Origin: Chiloscyllium plagiosum
Lineage: Eukaryota
DNA length: 64,000 bases
Reading direction: 5' to 3'
Assembly: GCF_004010195.1 (NCBI RefSeq)
Contig: NC_057718.1
Location: forward strand, 68,554,812-68,618,811
Below are positions 61,095 through 64,000 of this stretch, one piece after another. The translations under genes were made by a program, and so were the position numbers. A model generated the notes under the pieces. That model saw nothing but the letters and a program-made list of their open reading frames with translations. It was not told where the DNA came from and did not search any database. Positions within the stretch are counted from its first letter, which is position 1; each line of letters opens with the position of its first letter.

Positions 61095-62320
61095 GATTTA
61101 ATTTATATTGTCACATACATGTAGCTAGGTACAGTACAGGCAGATCATACAATAGTGCATTAAGGTCATAGATTGGAGCAAAGAATACACTATTACAGCT
61201 GCAGAGAAGGTGTACAAAGAACAAGATCAACAATAAATTAAAAATTTGAATAGTCCATTCAGAAGTCTAATAACAGCAGGGAAGAAGCTGCTGTTTAATC
61301 TGTTGGTACGTATTTAAGCTTTTATATCTTCTGCTTGACAGATGAAGTTGGAAGATATAACTGGGGTGGGAAGCATCTTTGATTATGTTGGCTGCCTTCC
61401 TGAGGCAGTAAGAAGTATAGATGGAGTCAGTGGGTGGGAGGTTGGCTTGTGTGATGGGCTGTATCCACAACTCTCTCTAGTTTCTTATGGTCCTGATAGA
61501 ATGCTTTCTGTTGTGCGTCTGTAAAAATTGGTAAGAATCTTTATGTACGCTGAATTTCCTTAGGCTCCTGAGGAAGTAGAGGCATCGTTGTACTTTCTTC
61601 ACTGTAGCATCATATGGGTGGACCAGAACTGATTGGTAATCATCACCCCCTAGGAACTTGATGCTCTCAACCACCTCCACCTCAACACCATTGATGTGGA
61701 GAGGGGCCTGCCCTCTACTTTGTTTCTTGAAGTTAATGACCAACTTTTGCTTTTTGTTGAGGGAGAGATTGTTATCTTTAAGGTGGAGTTGCAGTCAATA
61801 AGTAGAAGTCTGAGGTAGTTATCCTTATCCAGATGTTGCAGGGATGGTATAGGGCCTGGGAGATGCTGTGGATATGTTGTGACAGTAGGCGAATTGCATG
61901 GAATCAAGGCAGGCTGGGAGGCTAGAGTTGATGTGAGCTGAAAATGTGTTGCTGGAAAAGCGCAACAGGTCAGGCAGCATCCAGGGAACAGGAGAATCGA
62001 CGTTTGGGGCATAAGCCCTTCTTCAGGAATGAAGAAGGGTTTATGCCCGAAACGTCGATTCTCCTGTTCCCTGGAAGCTGCCTGACCTGCTGCGCTTTTC
62101 CAGCAACATATTTTCAGCTCTGATCTCCAGTATCTGCAGACCTCACTTTCTCCTCATAGAGTTGATGTGAGCCATGACTAACCTCTTAATGCTGCTTCAT
62201 TATGGAGGCCAGAGCAACTGCACAGAAACAATTGTGGCACGCTGTACGAGTTTTGTTTGGCACCAGGATAATGGCGGTCTTCTTGAAGCAGGTGGGGATT
62301 CCAGATTTTAGTAAGGATTC
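61095..62320 (-). mobile_element. Rex1/Babar-like LINE fragment
   Basis: VINFKKQ..PLHINGVEVEVVESIKFLG..KKVQRCLYFLRSLRKF; CLRKAANIIKDASHP. Confidence 0.8.
61939..62156 (+). mobile_element. PLE family-1 mini palindromic element
   Basis: TSD tagagttgatgtgagc at 61923-61938 and 62157-62172. Confidence 0.9.
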
Positions 62321-62321
62321 A

Positions 62322-63580
62322 ATTGTACAGCATGGAAATAGACCCTTTAGTCCAACTTGTCCAAGTCAACCAGATATTTTACATTTATCTCGTTCTATTT
62401 GTTAGCACTTGGCCCACATCCCTTTCAACCCTTCCTAATCAAATCCAATTGGATGGGTATCAGCTTTCACCACCACATCTGGCAGCTCATTCCATACACA
62501 CACCACTGTGAAGAAGTTGCTCTTTTGGTTGCTTTTACATCTTTCCCCTCTCACCTTAAACCTGTGCCCTCTCGTTTTGGACTCTCCTACCCTGGAAAAA
62601 GACCTTGGCTATTCATTCTATACCAGCCCTTTGTGATCTTAAGAACTATAAGGTCACTTCTCAGTCTCTGATGCTCCAAGGAAAATAGCCCCAGTATATT
62701 CAGCCTCTCCTTAAAACTCAAACCCTCCAACCCTGGCAACATTCTAGTAAATCTTTTCTGAACCCTTTCAAGTTTCATAACATCATTCCTATTGCAAGGA
62801 GGCCAGAATGGAAGGTAGTATTCCAATGTCCTATGTAGATTAGATTAGATTACTTACAGCGTGGAAACAGGCCCTTCGGCCCAACAAGTCCACACCGCCC
62901 CGCTGAAGCGCAACCCACCCATACCCCTACATTTGCCCCTTACCTAACACTACGGGCAATTTAGCCTGGCCAATTCACCTGACCTGCACATCTTTGGACT
63001 GTGGGAGGAAACCCACGCAGACACGGGGAGAACGTGCAAACTCCACACAGTCAGTCGCCTGAGGCGGGAATTGAACCCGGGTCTCTAGCGCTGTGAGGCA
63101 GCAGTGCTAACCACTGTGCCACCGTGCCGCCCAGTGCTAACCCAGCAACATGACCTCCCAACGCCTATACTCAATGCACTGACCAATGAAGGCAGACATA
63201 TCAAATGCCTTCTTCTCCTATCTGCCTGCTACTCAACTTTCAAGGAATTATGAACCTACACCCCAAAGTCTCTTTGGCAACATTCCGCAGGGCCCTATCT
63301 TTAAATGTATAAGTCTTGCTCTGTTTTTCCTTACCAAATTGCAACACTTCACTTATCTAAATTAAACTTGTTCTGCCAGTCTTTGGCCTATCTGATCGAA
63401 GTCCCATTGTACTCTGAGGTAACCTTATTCACTGTCCACAACACCTCCAATTTTAGTGTCATCTGCAAACTTACTAATTATTCCTCCGGTATTCACATGC
63501 AATGGACCCAGCATCGATCCTTGCAGCAAACCGCTGGTCACTGGCCTCCATTCTGAAAAGCAGCCTTCTACCACTGTCCT
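62322..63580 (-). mobile_element. CR1 family C 3' fragment
   Basis: KLERVQKRFTRMLPGLEGLSFKERL. Confidence 0.85.
62836..63132 (-). mobile_element. HE1-type SINE, young
   Basis: CpG-intact head and (taatc)n tail. Confidence 0.9.
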
Positions 63581-64000
63581 ATATATTTTTTACCTTCAAG
63601 AGGTTAAAGATACCAGCAAATATTCCTGCCAGCTGGTACATGCAGGATCTGAGTGCATGGCCGGGGACTTCATCTGGGCCAACCTCCTTTCATGGGTTCA
63701 TTCTCAAAAAGGCGATCTGTTGCCTGCAGCGGTGACTGAGGGAACAGGTGCATCTGAGGTTGTTGATATTTCACTGACTTTCTGTTAGAAATGAGTGTAA
63801 AATGCATTGTGTGCATCATGAAATGATGTATTTGTGTCTGCTATTCTGTTCTGCTTTGTTTTGTATCCTGTTACGTCATTTGATCCATGACAGACTCCCA
63901 AAAGGACTCCCCAACTATTCCCACACTCCAGCCCTAACTCCATTGCTCTCTAACTCCATCACTTTAAAATATATATCCAGCTCTTTTTTGAAATGTCCGG

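Noticed and set aside
63050..63132. tRNA genes at SINE heads
   Set aside because: The A/B-box sequences are fused to SINE bodies and tails and are not standalone tRNAs
63590..63750. Possible coding exon in unique-looking sequence
   Set aside because: Weak splice sites and no recognisable protein in any frame

Overview
Eukaryotic, almost entirely repeat-derived DNA, inferred to be from a cartilaginous fish (shark) because of HE1-type tRNA SINEs, HER1/CR1-type LINEs and abundant Penelope-like elements (PLEs). It has five assembly gaps. Nearly all listed ORFs are broken retroelement fragments: CR1, a second single-ORF CR1-group family (called LINE-B here), RTE, Rex1/Babar, L1, Tx1, Gypsy, Gmr1-like LTR and PLE. 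The only host-gene signal is a CpG-rich promoter near 58.0-58.9 kb with a probable 4-codon first coding exon (MATK|GT). Highlights: (1) a tandem array of at least 7 Tx1-clade LINE 3' ends, all joined at one 11-13 bp site at the TATA position of a Gypsy LTR, with apparent 3'-transduced copies of the same target, suggesting a LINE that targets another retrotransposon's promoter; (2) many tiny palindromic PLE derivatives with 13-16 bp TSDs and minimal hammerhead ribozymes; (3) a LINE whose 5' leader matches the head and body of a tRNA-type SINE that also shares its tail; (4) a Gmr1-like element (IN before RT) stretched over about 19 kb by nested insertions. Element boundaries were read by eye and are approximate unless a TSD is quoted. 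Family names come from motif recognition, not database searches.
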